Shown here piece by piece: positions 27,504 to 35,845 of a stretch of 44,747 nt of DNA. The DNA is taken from the sequence record PP069512. One strand, 5' to 3'. This stretch comes from Escherichia phage TR3. Position numbers and translations under genes: made by a program. The notes below the pieces were generated by a model. It was given only the letters and a program-made list of their open reading frames with translations, did no database searches and had not been told where the DNA came from. Position 1 is the stretch's first letter. Each line of letters opens with the position of its first letter.

Positions 27504-28637
27504 ATGACAGTAGCAAAGATTACCAACGATCAGCTAATCGAAGAACTTAAAAACGGCATGACTAACAAGGCGATTGCGGAGAAGTACGACATGAACATTC
27601 GCAACGTTGAACTTCGTCGCAGTAAGTTAGCTAAGAGTGGTTTGTTTGGGCATGGCAATGATGGTATCAAGAAGTTAGTGCCGGACGGCTATTTAGTCAA
27701 GGGTACTTCAACCATGATTGATGCGGATGGGAATGAGAAGCTGCGCTGGGTTAAGACGAGCGTTGATAATGAACGCCTTGAAATTATGCTCGAGCAAGCG
27801 CGAGAGGCTTTCTGTTCTGAGTTGCCAAAGTGTGAGGAAGTTAAGCATTCAGGCAAAGATACAAACCCTGACCTAATGACACTGTATCCAATTTTCGACA
27901 TACATATTGGAATGATGGCCCATCGCCACGAGTCTGGTGAAAATTATGACACGGCAACGGCAGAAAAACTAATGGGCTCATACTTTGACCATGCAATATC
28001 AGTTTCGCCAGCTTCAGAAAAGGCAGTCATCCTTGTTGGCGGTGATTATCTCCACTCAGATGGTCTTGAGGCGGTAACTCCAGCTAGTGGCCACTGCCTT
28101 GACCAAGATAGCCGTTACGCTAAGTTAGTCTACATCGCAATTAGATCAATTCGTGGCGCTGTAGAAAAGATGCTTAAAAAGCATAAAAGTGTTGACATTC
28201 AAATTATCGAGGGAAATCATGACCAAAGCGGCATGATCTGGCTTCGGGCTGCGATGGCTGCATTTTATGAAAATGAGAGTCGTGTCTTTGTTGATGTAAG
28301 CCCTGCGATTATGCACAAGACAAGATTTGGCTCAACACTACTTGGCTACACTCATGGTCACACAATGAAGAAAGCGGAAGGTAGACTTGCAGCTATGGCA
28401 ACTGATTACAGGAAAGACTTTGGTGAATGCGAGTTCGTTTATTGCCATTCCGGGCATTTTCACCACGCAACAGTAACAGAGTGCACTCTTGGTATTGACG
28501 AAGTACATCCAGCACTAGCAAGCAAGGATGCGTATGCAGCACGAGGGGGGTGGCGCTCATATCGTCAGGCTGCCGCGATTGTTTATCACAAAGAGTTTGG
28601 CGAGGTTGGTCGTCATATCTATCGACCTGGAATGTAA
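27504..28637 (+). CDS. HTH domain fused to calcineurin-like metallophosphoesterase
   Basis: N-terminal sigma-region-4-like HTH (MTNKAIAEKYDMNIRNVELRRSKL); phosphoesterase motifs DIHIG, GGDYLHSDG, GNHD, GHTH, HSGHFHH; ATG 27504 with RBS AAGGA. Confidence 0.7.
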   Translation: MTVAKITNDQLIEELKNGMTNKAIAEKYDMNIRNVELRRSKLAKSGLFGHGNDGIKKLVPDGYLVKGTSTMIDADGNEKLRWVKTSVDNERLEIMLEQAREAFCSELPKCEEVKHSGKDTNPDLMTLYPIFDIHIGMMAHRHESGENYDTATAEKLMGSYFDHAISVSPASEKAVILVGGDYLHSDGLEAVTPASGHCLDQDSRYAKLVYIAIRSIRGAVEKMLKKHKSVDIQIIEGNHDQSGMIWLRAAMAAFYENESRVFVDVSPAIMHKTRFGSTLLGYTHGHTMKKAEGRLAAMATDYRKDFGECEFVYCHSGHFHHATVTECTLGIDEVHPALASKDAYAARGGWRSYRQAAAIVYHKEFGEVGRHIYRPGM

Positions 28638-28640
28638 TAA

Positions 28641-28684
28641 ATAGCACTTTTTGTTAAGAAATCCCAGAGAAATCTGGGTATATT
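28641..28684 (+). promoter_or_regulatory. phage promoter box (ATAGCACTTT-TTGTTA, 22-bp spacer, TATATT)
   Basis: Spacer holds hairpin CCCAGA-GAAA-TCTGGG. Confidence 0.5.
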
Positions 28685-28714
28685 AATCAAACACAAACGA
28701 GATGGTAAACAAAA

Positions 28715-29263
28715 ATGAAACAACTATATTCAATGATAAAAAAATCAATTAACAATGACTTCAAAGGTAAGCCAGTTTATATTTTTGATTATGACGGAAC
28801 GCTTTCTGACGGGGCTCACAGACTTGATAAGCTCCCAAAAACTGACCCTCACCTTACCGAGTCGTGGATTGAGTTTAACTCACTAAGCAGATTTGATTCT
28901 CCATTTAATGATACGATAAGCGTAATGAATTCGATTTATGATAGCGGCGCATACATAATCATTTTAACAGGAAGGTCTGATCATGTTCTAGATGAGTCAC
29001 TTGATTGGCTTACTAAAAATGGATGCAAATACAACGTAATGGTAATGCGATCAGCTTCGGACAACAGGAAGGATACGATAATTAAAGAGGAATTCTTAAA
29101 TTCAATTGGGATTGAAAGAATTACGGCGGCCTGGGATGATAGCCCGAATGTAATAAATCACTTTAGGTCTCTAGGGATAACCACTTATCAGGTTTGTGAT
29201 TATGGTTATAATGTTCACAGCGGCCTTAAATCTCATGGTGTAGAAAATCTGAATTCTAAATAA
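28715..29263 (+). CDS. HAD-superfamily phosphatase
   Basis: Motif I FDYDGTL; motif II TGR; motif III K...WDDS. Confidence 0.65.
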   Translation: MKQLYSMIKKSINNDFKGKPVYIFDYDGTLSDGAHRLDKLPKTDPHLTESWIEFNSLSRFDSPFNDTISVMNSIYDSGAYIIILTGRSDHVLDESLDWLTKNGCKYNVMVMRSASDNRKDTIIKEEFLNSIGIERITAAWDDSPNVINHFRSLGITTYQVCDYGYNVHSGLKSHGVENLNSK

Positions 29264-29312
29264 ATAAAATCAATGGGGTTTTAAATGGCCCCATTAAAAT
29301 TGAGTAAATAAA

Positions 29313-29867
29313 ATGAAAAAGTTAATCATCCTTAATGGACCCCCAGGTGCTGGAAAAGATACAGTTGCAGATATCATTGTTAAACTTGGAATTTGCAGGG
29401 ATAAGGTTTCTTTCAAATCACCTATGTTTAATGTGGCTAAGAGCATGCTATCAAGCGATGAGTTTGATGGATTTATTAAGAATTACGATGATCGAGAGTA
29501 CAAAGAATCACCACATGAATTTCTTGGTGGAATGACTGTTCGTCAATTTATGATTTGGATTAGCGAATCAGTGATGAAGCCAGTTTTTGGTGATGAAGTT
29601 TTCGGTAAAAGGCTAGCTCAGTCTCTTGGCAATGGTTGCCACATCTGTTCAGATGGTGGATTTGCAAGTGAAATTGAGCCACTAATTGAAAGTGGTGTTG
29701 AGGTTACATTGGTTAGGCTTCATAGACCTGGTTACACTTTCGAAGGAGATAGTAGGTCATACATTAGCGGCCTCTGCGCAAGGGAAATTGATATTGATGT
29801 TATTGAAGGTGATATTAAAATAACTACAGAAAAAGTGATTGATGCAATAAATAGCACGAATCGCTAA
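29313..29867 (+). CDS. P-loop nucleoside-monophosphate-kinase-like protein
   Basis: N-terminal Walker A NGPPGAGKDT, adenylate/dNMP kinase-like. Confidence 0.65.
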   Translation: MKKLIILNGPPGAGKDTVADIIVKLGICRDKVSFKSPMFNVAKSMLSSDEFDGFIKNYDDREYKESPHEFLGGMTVRQFMIWISESVMKPVFGDEVFGKRLAQSLGNGCHICSDGGFASEIEPLIESGVEVTLVRLHRPGYTFEGDSRSYISGLCAREIDIDVIEGDIKITTEKVIDAINSTNR

Positions 29868-29894
29868 ACAATCGCCACAGCAATTAGGTATAAT
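29851..29894 (+). promoter_or_regulatory. phage promoter box (ATAGCACGAATCGCTA, 22-bp spacer, TATAAT)
   Basis: Box overlaps last codons and TAA stop of kinase gene. Confidence 0.5.
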
Positions 29895-29925
29895 CACCAA
29901 ATCGAAAACAACAGAGGATTCAAAA

Positions 29926-30099
29926 ATGACTAAACTATACTGCGTGAAAAACAACTCAAAGACGCTTCCGTTTACTGAGAATCAGCCATACAGCGGCGAG
30001 CATCTTGGTAGCGGTTACTACAAGATTTATGGCGACGATATGACTCACATCCTTGCGCCGATTGATGGCTCTTTGGTGGAATTTATTATCGCAGATTAA
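29926..30099 (+). CDS. hypothetical protein (57 aa)
   Basis: Not in track; RBS AGAGGA 8 nt upstream; followed by strong terminator. Confidence 0.45.
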   Translation: MTKLYCVKNNSKTLPFTENQPYSGEHLGSGYYKIYGDDMTHILAPIDGSLVEFIIAD

Positions 30100-30125
30100 C
30101 ACATCAAAAACATAGTTTTACAAGT

Positions 30126-30151
30126 GGGGGGCCTTTTGGCTCCCCTTTTTT
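30126..30151 (+). terminator. intrinsic terminator
   Basis: GGGGGGCC-TTTT-GGCTCCCC hairpin then TTTTTTGT. Confidence 0.7.
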
Positions 30152-30227
30152 GTGCTTACAATCCGAACTGGCCTACTGTATTATATTTACACTATCTATT
30201 GACAAATTAGGATTTAAAGGTGATCAC

Positions 30228-30443
30228 ATGAGGGAAGTACTTAACGCCGCCACGGCATCAACTGGCGGGGCTGCTGTAACTGGCGCCGCAACTGGTCAAA
30301 TCACAGTCGCAATAATCAGCCTTGTAGCTCTTATCGTTTTTGGGTTATGGGGGTCTTACTGGAAGTTTAAGGATAGCCAGGCGATTCGACGAGCACTTGA
30401 ATCAGGAGACTTAAAAACAGCAATCAAGATAAGGAGTAAGTAA
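30228..30443 (+). CDS. holin (pinholin-like)
   Basis: 71 aa; Ala/Gly-rich weak first TMD plus strong TMD ITVAIISLVALIVFGLWGSYW; basic C-terminus; RBS AAGGTG; track start TTG 30150 lies in terminator. Confidence 0.6.
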   Translation: MREVLNAATASTGGAAVTGAATGQITVAIISLVALIVFGLWGSYWKFKDSQAIRRALESGDLKTAIKIRSK

Positions 30444-30928
30444 TGAAGCAAAGGCTGATAATTAGTGCAGCGACGGCAGCGGCAATATACATCGCAGCGC
30501 CGGTTATTGAGCTTGTTGAGGGTGTAGAGTACAGGCCATATATGGATATTGCTGGCATACCTACGGTTTGTTCTGGTGTGACTGGCCCAGATGTTATTGT
30601 TGGTAAAGTATACGGCGCAAGGGAGTGCCGTAACTTGCTGGAGAGGCACATTAAGATTCATGGTAAGTATGTGCAGGATGCAGTTACCTATCCAATTTCA
30701 CCAGAAACAAGGGCGGCGTTAATCAGCTTTAGTTATAACGTTGGCGGTTCTGCAATGAGGAAGTCAACGGCTGTACGGCTGATTAACCAGGGTAAAGTTG
30801 AGCAGGGTTGCAAGGCTCTCGGGATGTGGAACAAGGCTCGAATAAATGGCAAGCTGAAGGTAGTCAAGGGTCTCGTAAACAGGCGTAACGAGGAGATTAA
30901 ATTGTGCTTAAGCGGGGTTGGTAAATGA
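30443..30928 (+). CDS. SAR endolysin (T4-lysozyme-like muramidase)
   Basis: N-terminal signal-anchor-release segment LIISAATAAAIYIAAPVIELV; catalytic E-x8-D-x5-T; RBS AAGGAG. Confidence 0.8.
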   Translation: MKQRLIISAATAAAIYIAAPVIELVEGVEYRPYMDIAGIPTVCSGVTGPDVIVGKVYGARECRNLLERHIKIHGKYVQDAVTYPISPETRAALISFSYNVGGSAMRKSTAVRLINQGKVEQGCKALGMWNKARINGKLKVVKGLVNRRNEEIKLCLSGVGK

Positions 30929-31311
30929 AGACTGTATTAATTGCTGCGGCAATTCTTCTTTCTGGTTGTTCGGCAACATCAGCACTGACCGGATTGATTG
31001 GCAGTAAGCCAGAGATTAGCGCCCAGGCTGGAGCGGAGAACAATAAGGTTGGCGTAGGTCTGACAAACAAGGTTGATTCAAGTTCCAATGCAAAGGCTGA
31101 GTTGAAGAACTCTAATGTTGACACTCTTGATAGCTCAAGCGGTAAGAAGACTTCTGATAACTCAATCAAAGCGTCAACAATCACAGCTGAGAAGATTGAA
31201 ATCACAAACAATGATTCTTCTGCAATCCCGTGGGTTGGAAGTGGAATTATGTTGTGCATCATCATCATTCTGCTTTTGGTAATATTCAGGAAAAACAAAA
31301 AAGCCCCGTAA
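30925..31311 (+). CDS. unimolecular spanin (u-spanin)
   Basis: N-terminal lipoprotein signal with lipobox LSGC; Ser/Asn-rich periplasmic region; C-terminal TMD IMLCIIIILLLVIF; ATGA-coupled to endolysin. Confidence 0.75.
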   Translation: MKTVLIAAAILLSGCSATSALTGLIGSKPEISAQAGAENNKVGVGLTNKVDSSSNAKAELKNSNVDTLDSSSGKKTSDNSIKASTITAEKIEITNNDSSAIPWVGSGIMLCIIIILLLVIFRKNKKAP

Positions 31312-31325
31312 TGGGGCTATTTTTA
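31302..31325. terminator. bidirectional terminator
   Basis: GCCCC-GTAAT-GGGGC hairpin with A-tract upstream and T-tract downstream. Confidence 0.65.
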
Positions 31326-31658
31326 TGCAAACAATTCTTCGTCACTCATGGTTGCTATATTCATCATCTCATTAACATAAGCACTAGACTTACCTTCAAG
31401 GCTCATAAACTCAAACTGGAATGGCCTCTTGCCTGAACCCTTTGACCAGTACACGCCATTAACTCCATCAAGATAACCAGCCGTAAGCATTCTCGCCATA
31501 AACTCCTTCGAGCAACTAGATGCAAAATACCTTTCATCAACTCCAGCGGCCTTAGCCATCCTTGCACAATCCTTGTGCTTGTAGATGAATCTTGCCAGGT
31601 GCTGGCGGTTGAAGTTCCTGTATCCTTCGCAGAACTTGTATACGTCGAGTAGAAACAT
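31323..31658 (-). CDS. hypothetical protein (111 aa)
   Basis: Closely coupled downstream of P-loop NTPase gene. Confidence 0.5.
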   Translation of the reverse strand: MFLLDVYKFCEGYRNFNRQHLARFIYKHKDCARMAKAAGVDERYFASSCSKEFMARMLTAGYLDGVNGVYWSKGSGKRPFQFEFMSLEGKSSAYVNEMMNIATMSDEELFA

Positions 31659-31661
31659 CTA

Positions 31662-33245
31662 TCACCCCAACAATCGCGGATTAATGTAAATCTTATCACC
31701 AATCAGGCATGTATAGTTTTTCTCATCAAGCATAGGAACCAAGTGGTCCTTGATGCGAGTCATTACGCCAGCCTGTCCTTCAAAAGGTTTAACTTTGCGT
31801 GCTGCTTCATACAGTGAGCGAACGCCAACAACACCCTTCCCATTCTTACCTTGCTTAATCAGGATATCAACCAGCTTATTCATTTCAGCATTATCACCAG
31901 CATGACCAGCAGCACTAGCGGACGACAAATAAGTCTTGCTTAACTCGTGGAAAATCATAACCGCTTCTTGCATTGTTTCAAGCTCAATCTCTCTTGATTT
32001 CTGCGGACTCGACCCTGCCGGTGCGAACCAGTTGCGAATAACGTGCAATACTGAGGCAATACGGATTGCTTGCTTATCAAATTTACCAAGAGCACCACGT
32101 AACATCGTGTGGGAATATTTACCGCCATCACCAAGATGCGGTTCCATTTCCTGGCGAGCTCGGTTAAGGTAGCGCATGGATGACGCACTTACTGTCAGTT
32201 TCACTTCAACTTCATTCATAATTTCATGAACGAGACGGAAATAGTCTGCTTTAAGACCATCATCAATAGCCTCGTATGTTGAATCGCCATTCTCATCAAC
32301 AAACACGCGGTCTCCAAGAAATGACTTTTCACGCACCAGAAGGAAACGCTCGGAAACACCAATACCACGCGCACCAGCATTCATAATCGCATTGATTGTT
32401 TCATCCTGAGCAATTACAGAGATGCACCCCATTGCCACGAAACTCATGTTGTTTTCTGCGTTAGCGCGGGCAATAGATACGTTACCAGCATCCCACGCTT
32501 TAAGTACAAGCTCGCTGTTCGTTTTCTTGGAACCATCACCGTATGTCATGCCCAATAATGAGTTGACGCTTGTTGCCTCATCCGAGATGACCGCAAAGTT
32601 ACCCTGGCGGTTGTTGATTCGTGCAAGACCTTCTGGCGTAGTATCTGAGACCGGGAATACGATATCGCACAGCTTCTCGAGCTTTTCCTCTAAATCTTCC
32701 TTCTCCTCAAACAGTGAAGCCATCTCAGATGGTGACTTCTCCTGTTTCATTTCTTTTGCTAGCGCAGACAGCTTAGCCATAATCTTTTTGCGGTCACGTT
32801 TACGCACCTCGTTCAAACGCTCAGTCTCAGCAATCATTGGCGCAATTGACAGAGAGTTAATGGCTGACTTACCAGTAGATGGCGGCTGGCTAGTTACCAC
32901 GTAAAGCGATGTTGGCTGCTGGGTTCCGTGATACTCAACAGTAAAGCGCCCTAGCATCGCAGCGGACACACAACCCAAAAAGTGCATGTATGCTGATGAC
33001 TCTGGGAACTGAACTGAGCGAGCAATATTTGCCGAGAGCTTACCAACAACATCAATGTCATTGCCTAGAGATATTACAGGGTACTTGTCATTACCTGCGT
33101 CAATCTCCATAGGTGTTTTCCAGAATGATTGAGACTGCCGATAGCCATTTGCATTAATGGCAACGCGAAGCGGTGGGAGGTTGTCGGTCGCGGCAATCGC
33201 CATAACTTGTTCAACAGATAGTTTATCTTCGTTGAAATCAAACAT
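31662..33245 (-). CDS. P-loop NTPase of unknown role (possible replication/helicase-like)
   Basis: Walker A-like SQPPSTGKSA; 527 aa; RBS GGAGAG; own promoter box. Confidence 0.55.
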   Translation of the reverse strand: MFDFNEDKLSVEQVMAIAATDNLPPLRVAINANGYRQSQSFWKTPMEIDAGNDKYPVISLGNDIDVVGKLSANIARSVQFPESSAYMHFLGCVSAAMLGRFTVEYHGTQQPTSLYVVTSQPPSTGKSAINSLSIAPMIAETERLNEVRKRDRKKIMAKLSALAKEMKQEKSPSEMASLFEEKEDLEEKLEKLCDIVFPVSDTTPEGLARINNRQGNFAVISDEATSVNSLLGMTYGDGSKKTNSELVLKAWDAGNVSIARANAENNMSFVAMGCISVIAQDETINAIMNAGARGIGVSERFLLVREKSFLGDRVFVDENGDSTYEAIDDGLKADYFRLVHEIMNEVEVKLTVSASSMRYLNRARQEMEPHLGDGGKYSHTMLRGALGKFDKQAIRIASVLHVIRNWFAPAGSSPQKSREIELETMQEAVMIFHELSKTYLSSASAAGHAGDNAEMNKLVDILIKQGKNGKGVVGVRSLYEAARKVKPFEGQAGVMTRIKDHLVPMLDEKNYTCLIGDKIYINPRLLG

Positions 33246-33275
33246 TACTTCTCTCCGTATTGTTTCTGAGCGGCC

Positions 33276-33323
33276 ATTATATCAACAGCCGCTTATAATG
33301 CATTATCAATTCGTGCTGCTATT
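33276..33323 (-). promoter_or_regulatory. phage promoter box (minus strand), 22-bp spacer, TATAAT
   Basis: rc of 33304-33322 = ATAGCAGCACGAATTGATA; -10 rc of 33276-33281; TAG of box is stop of upstream gene. Confidence 0.5.
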
Positions 33324-33672
33324 TGTAAGATGATTCAAATAGGTAAGTCTGGCAAAGAGTGTAGAAACCAACATCTTCGCTTCGATATAGCTGCCATGCA
33401 TTACCATCTTCGTCGTAAATGTAACCAGCAGACTGACCCATCCCGCTATGCATTAGCACCTGGTATCTCTTTCCTTCTTTGAAATACTTCTTAACGCCAG
33501 ATTTGTGGTTAACATGTGTCACGTAAAGCGTTCTGGTCTTAATGTATTTACCACGTTCTTCCAGATTAACCCATTTGCCATCTTTCTTGATTTGCTCGAC
33601 ACCATCTTTAACGCGAGCTTTAAACAGTTGGTTGTCTTTGCTAATGAAATTTTTAGTTATGGTAGTAGTCAT
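33319..33672 (-). CDS. hypothetical protein (117 aa)
   Basis: ORF; TAATG-coupled to upstream small ORF. Confidence 0.5.
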   Translation of the reverse strand: MTTTITKNFISKDNQLFKARVKDGVEQIKKDGKWVNLEERGKYIKTRTLYVTHVNHKSGVKKYFKEGKRYQVLMHSGMGQSAGYIYDEDGNAWQLYRSEDVGFYTLCQTYLFESSYK

Positions 33673-33836
33673 TATTCAGCCCTCTCTTTTGTAGTCCACA
33701 TGAATTTGTTTGGTACTGATTTGCGCACGATACGCACAACAATCTTATCAACTTTCTGAACTAAACCGTAAATCTTTCCATCAAGCGAGGCCCTGAAAAC
33801 TGCCTCTTCCATCGCGTCGTAAAAGTTGTCAAACAT
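33672..33836 (-). CDS. hypothetical small protein (54 aa)
   Basis: Not in track; MFDNFYDAMEEAVFRASLDGK...; weak RBS. Confidence 0.3.
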   Translation of the reverse strand: MFDNFYDAMEEAVFRASLDGKIYGLVQKVDKIVVRIVRKSVPNKFMWTTKERAE

Positions 33837-33868
33837 GATTACTTGTTCTCTTTCGTTTCGATGAGGAA

Positions 33869-33914
33869 ACTATACAACAAAAGCCCCGAAGGGCTTTAGC
33901 AATTCGTGCTATTT
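33869..33914 (-). promoter_or_regulatory. phage promoter box (minus strand), 22-bp spacer, TATAGT
   Basis: rc of 33895-33914 = AAATAGCACGAATTGCTAAA; spacer contains hairpin AAAGCCC-TTCG-GGGCTTT. Confidence 0.5.
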
Positions 33915-34057
33915 CTCGCCTTCTCAATCGCCTTAAGCATAATCTCGTGAGATTCAAGCAAGTCCTCGTTGAACCATTCCCCGCAAGGCCAGCCCTTGCC
34001 GCTGTAAGAACTAATAACTTCCAGATCAAAATAGTTAATCTCAGATGGTAATAGCAT
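33896..34057 (-). CDS. hypothetical small protein (53 aa, ends NSTNC inside promoter box)
   Basis: Not in track; TAATG-coupled to upstream gene; preferred over track ORF 33829..34029, which reads through the box and hairpin. Confidence 0.4.
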   Translation of the reverse strand: MLLPSEINYFDLEVISSYSGKGWPCGEWFNEDLLESHEIMLKAIEKARNSTNC

Positions 34058-34260
34058 TATTCAATCACCTTAAAAGTTGCGATTCCTGGGATGACGACGT
34101 AATCAAGGCATTTAAGAGCCTGAAACGTGTCGTGATGCTTATGTGGACGCTCTCCGGTAACAAGGCACATGTCATCTTTGAAATCGGTAGCGTTGTATTC
34201 AGAGCCCTTATTGAACGCGTCGTTAAAGTCTTTAATGATATTGGTGCAAAGTAGTTTCAT
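34057..34260 (-). CDS. hypothetical small protein (67 aa)
   Basis: RBS GAAGG; coupled. Confidence 0.45.
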   Translation of the reverse strand: MKLLCTNIIKDFNDAFNKGSEYNATDFKDDMCLVTGERPHKHHDTFQALKCLDYVVIPGIATFKVIE

Positions 34261-34261
34261 G

Positions 34262-34456
34262 CTAACCTTCTACTGTTTCAAAAATAAGCCTATTTTTAAT
34301 TGCTGCAATGACACGTCCATCATCAATGTAGCAGTAAACTGGTTTGAAGTTGTCACCAACTACGTAACCATAAATTTCATCATAAATGTAATGCTTTCCG
34401 TTTCTAAATTCCCAGGTTCCATCATTAAGATTATTTAAGCACTTAACTTTCATCAT
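34262..34456 (-). CDS. hypothetical small protein (64 aa)
   Basis: Start chosen at Met overlapping upstream stop (ATGA). Confidence 0.45.
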   Translation of the reverse strand: MMKVKCLNNLNDGTWEFRNGKHYIYDEIYGYVVGDNFKPVYCYIDDGRVIAAIKNRLIFETVEG

Positions 34457-34650
34457 CTCATTCCTTGCCAGGGTAAACATTCGTCACAGCCCAAGCCATC
34501 ACAACATAGATACTCATCATCTGACTGGAATTGCTTAGCGAGGTCAATATCAATCTTGCCGCGCAAAACCATATCGCTGTACATCTCGTTCAACCCAATC
34601 AGAGCGCATTCCTGCTTTAGCTGCTCATACGCTTCGTCTTTAAGTTTCAT
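34453..34650 (-). CDS. hypothetical small Cys-rich protein (65 aa)
   Basis: RBS AGGAGAGAG; motif CCDGLGCDEC. Confidence 0.5.
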   Translation of the reverse strand: MKLKDEAYEQLKQECALIGLNEMYSDMVLRGKIDIDLAKQFQSDDEYLCCDGLGCDECLPWQGMR

Positions 34651-34677
34651 ATCTCTCTCCTCGTTGTTGATGGATTC

Positions 34678-34722
34678 ATTATGGTCTCGTTACCAATGTT
34701 TGTCATTAGCAAAAAGTGCTAT
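34678..34722 (-). promoter_or_regulatory. phage promoter box, variant (minus strand), about 23-bp spacer
   Basis: rc of 34707-34722 = ATAGCACTTTTTGCTA; CATAAT-like -10. Confidence 0.4.
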
Positions 34723-34741
34723 TCGTTGGGTTTATGTATTA

Positions 34742-34832
34742 TTGCAGTTATTGCAATGATTCATCTCATTATTGCACATATAGCAATATTGCATCTGATG
34801 CAATGATTTTTTTGATTGTTGCAGAATTTGCA
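34742..34832. repeat. iteron-like array of 7-8 TTGCA boxes
   Basis: TTGCA at 34742, 34751, 34772, 34789, 34819, 34828 and TGCAA at 34799; pairs about 9-10 bp apart, pair-to-pair about 30 bp. Confidence 0.6.
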
Positions 34833-34914
34833 ATTATTGATGTGAGGGTGAATGAATGGTGGATGGACTACCATACAAGTTGATTTTTATTCTGGCCGAG
34901 CCATTTTGCCGCAT

Positions 34915-35070
34915 ACACGTAACCGGCGTAGCGCGATGTAAGCCAACCACTATCGTTACGCGAGTTACGCGAAGCTACGCCTAGACTTACACTATAAGTA
35001 CTTAATATATATATATATCTTCTTTCTATTATTATTATTATTATTATTATTATTGTATGTAAGTCATGTA
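34915..35070. repeat. non-coding control element, copy B (ACACGTAACCG box, GTTACGC repeats, (TA)7 and (ATT)8 microsatellites, TCATGTAACT)
   Basis: Paralogous to 16840..17001. Confidence 0.6.
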
Positions 35071-35324
35071 ACTGGTGCTCTTCTGCTATATATATGTTTT
35101 TTCCTATCAGAGTACATATCTGCAATTTTATGGAAGAAATAGCCAGTATTGGGCAACCCCACCCAATTTATGCGTTACAGGCGTTACCACAAACTACATT
35201 TAGCTATAGCTTGGCTAGGATGCCATTTCGCGTAACCACACCTAAAAGTTACCAAAAATTACACTTGATTACGTGTGTAAGTCGATATATGATGGATTCA
35301 ACCTAAACGAGAGGAGTGATAAAC

Positions 35325-35804
35325 ATGAATGAGAAAGCAACATTGGGTCAAGTGATTCGCGAGATGGTAAAACAGGCTCTAAAATCTGAAGATAAGCAAT
35401 TCAGCGTTTCACTAAGGAAAATTGAAAGCATTATTGGCAGTGAAGATGGTTCCATTAAGAAGCTTAAGAGCTCATACATCTACAACACAACAGCTCGCAT
35501 GCCTGAGTTGAGAGACGCAGGTATGAAGGCGACTCACTACTATGATGAAGATAGCGGCAAAAGCCAATTCGGCGTGACAGAGCTATCAGATGGCAAGAGG
35601 CTGGTTATCAAACTGATCCCTGGAACTGCCAACATTGGTATCAGGAAGAAGACCAATGACGCAATCAAGGTGGAGGCAATAACTGAATTCAAGGCTAAGA
35701 TATCGAAAGTCATGCCAGACCTATCGGAGTATGAAGGTGAAGCGCTCGCAGCAGCAATGAAAGCAATTAAAGATTATCGTTTGATTATTGAGGAGATTAA
35801 ATAA
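35325..35804 (+). CDS. hypothetical protein (159 aa)
   Basis: ATG 35325 with RBS GAGGAG (track start 35316 is GTG). Confidence 0.55.
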   Translation: MNEKATLGQVIREMVKQALKSEDKQFSVSLRKIESIIGSEDGSIKKLKSSYIYNTTARMPELRDAGMKATHYYDEDSGKSQFGVTELSDGKRLVIKLIPGTANIGIRKKTNDAIKVEAITEFKAKISKVMPDLSEYEGEALAAAMKAIKDYRLIIEEIK

Positions 35805-35845
35805 TGTTTAACTTTAACGATGACAAACTAACAGCATAGCAGGTA

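Noticed and set aside
30199-30204. TTGACA hexamer upstream of the holin as a -35 element
   Set aside because: It is only 24 bp from the ATG with no -10 hexamer at 17 bp; the lysis genes are more likely expressed by read-through or an unidentified promoter.
30150-30227. Track start (TTG 30150) for the holin ORF
   Set aside because: It lies in the terminator T-tract with no RBS; ATG 30228 with RBS AAGGTG gives a typical 71-aa holin.
33829-34029. Track ORF 33829..34029 (-)
   Set aside because: It reads through a promoter box and hairpin and is Arg/Leu-rich; replaced by the translationally coupled ORF 33896..34057 in another frame.
34742-34832. CRISPR array interpretation of the TTGCA box cluster
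   Set aside because: Boxes are only 5 bp with irregular 9-30 bp spacing; no repeat-spacer structure and no cas genes.
34868-35306. Track ORFs 34868..35125 (-) and 35094..35306 (+) in control region B
   Set aside because: Same reasoning as region A: low-complexity translation of (ATT)n and (TA)n repeats, no RBS.
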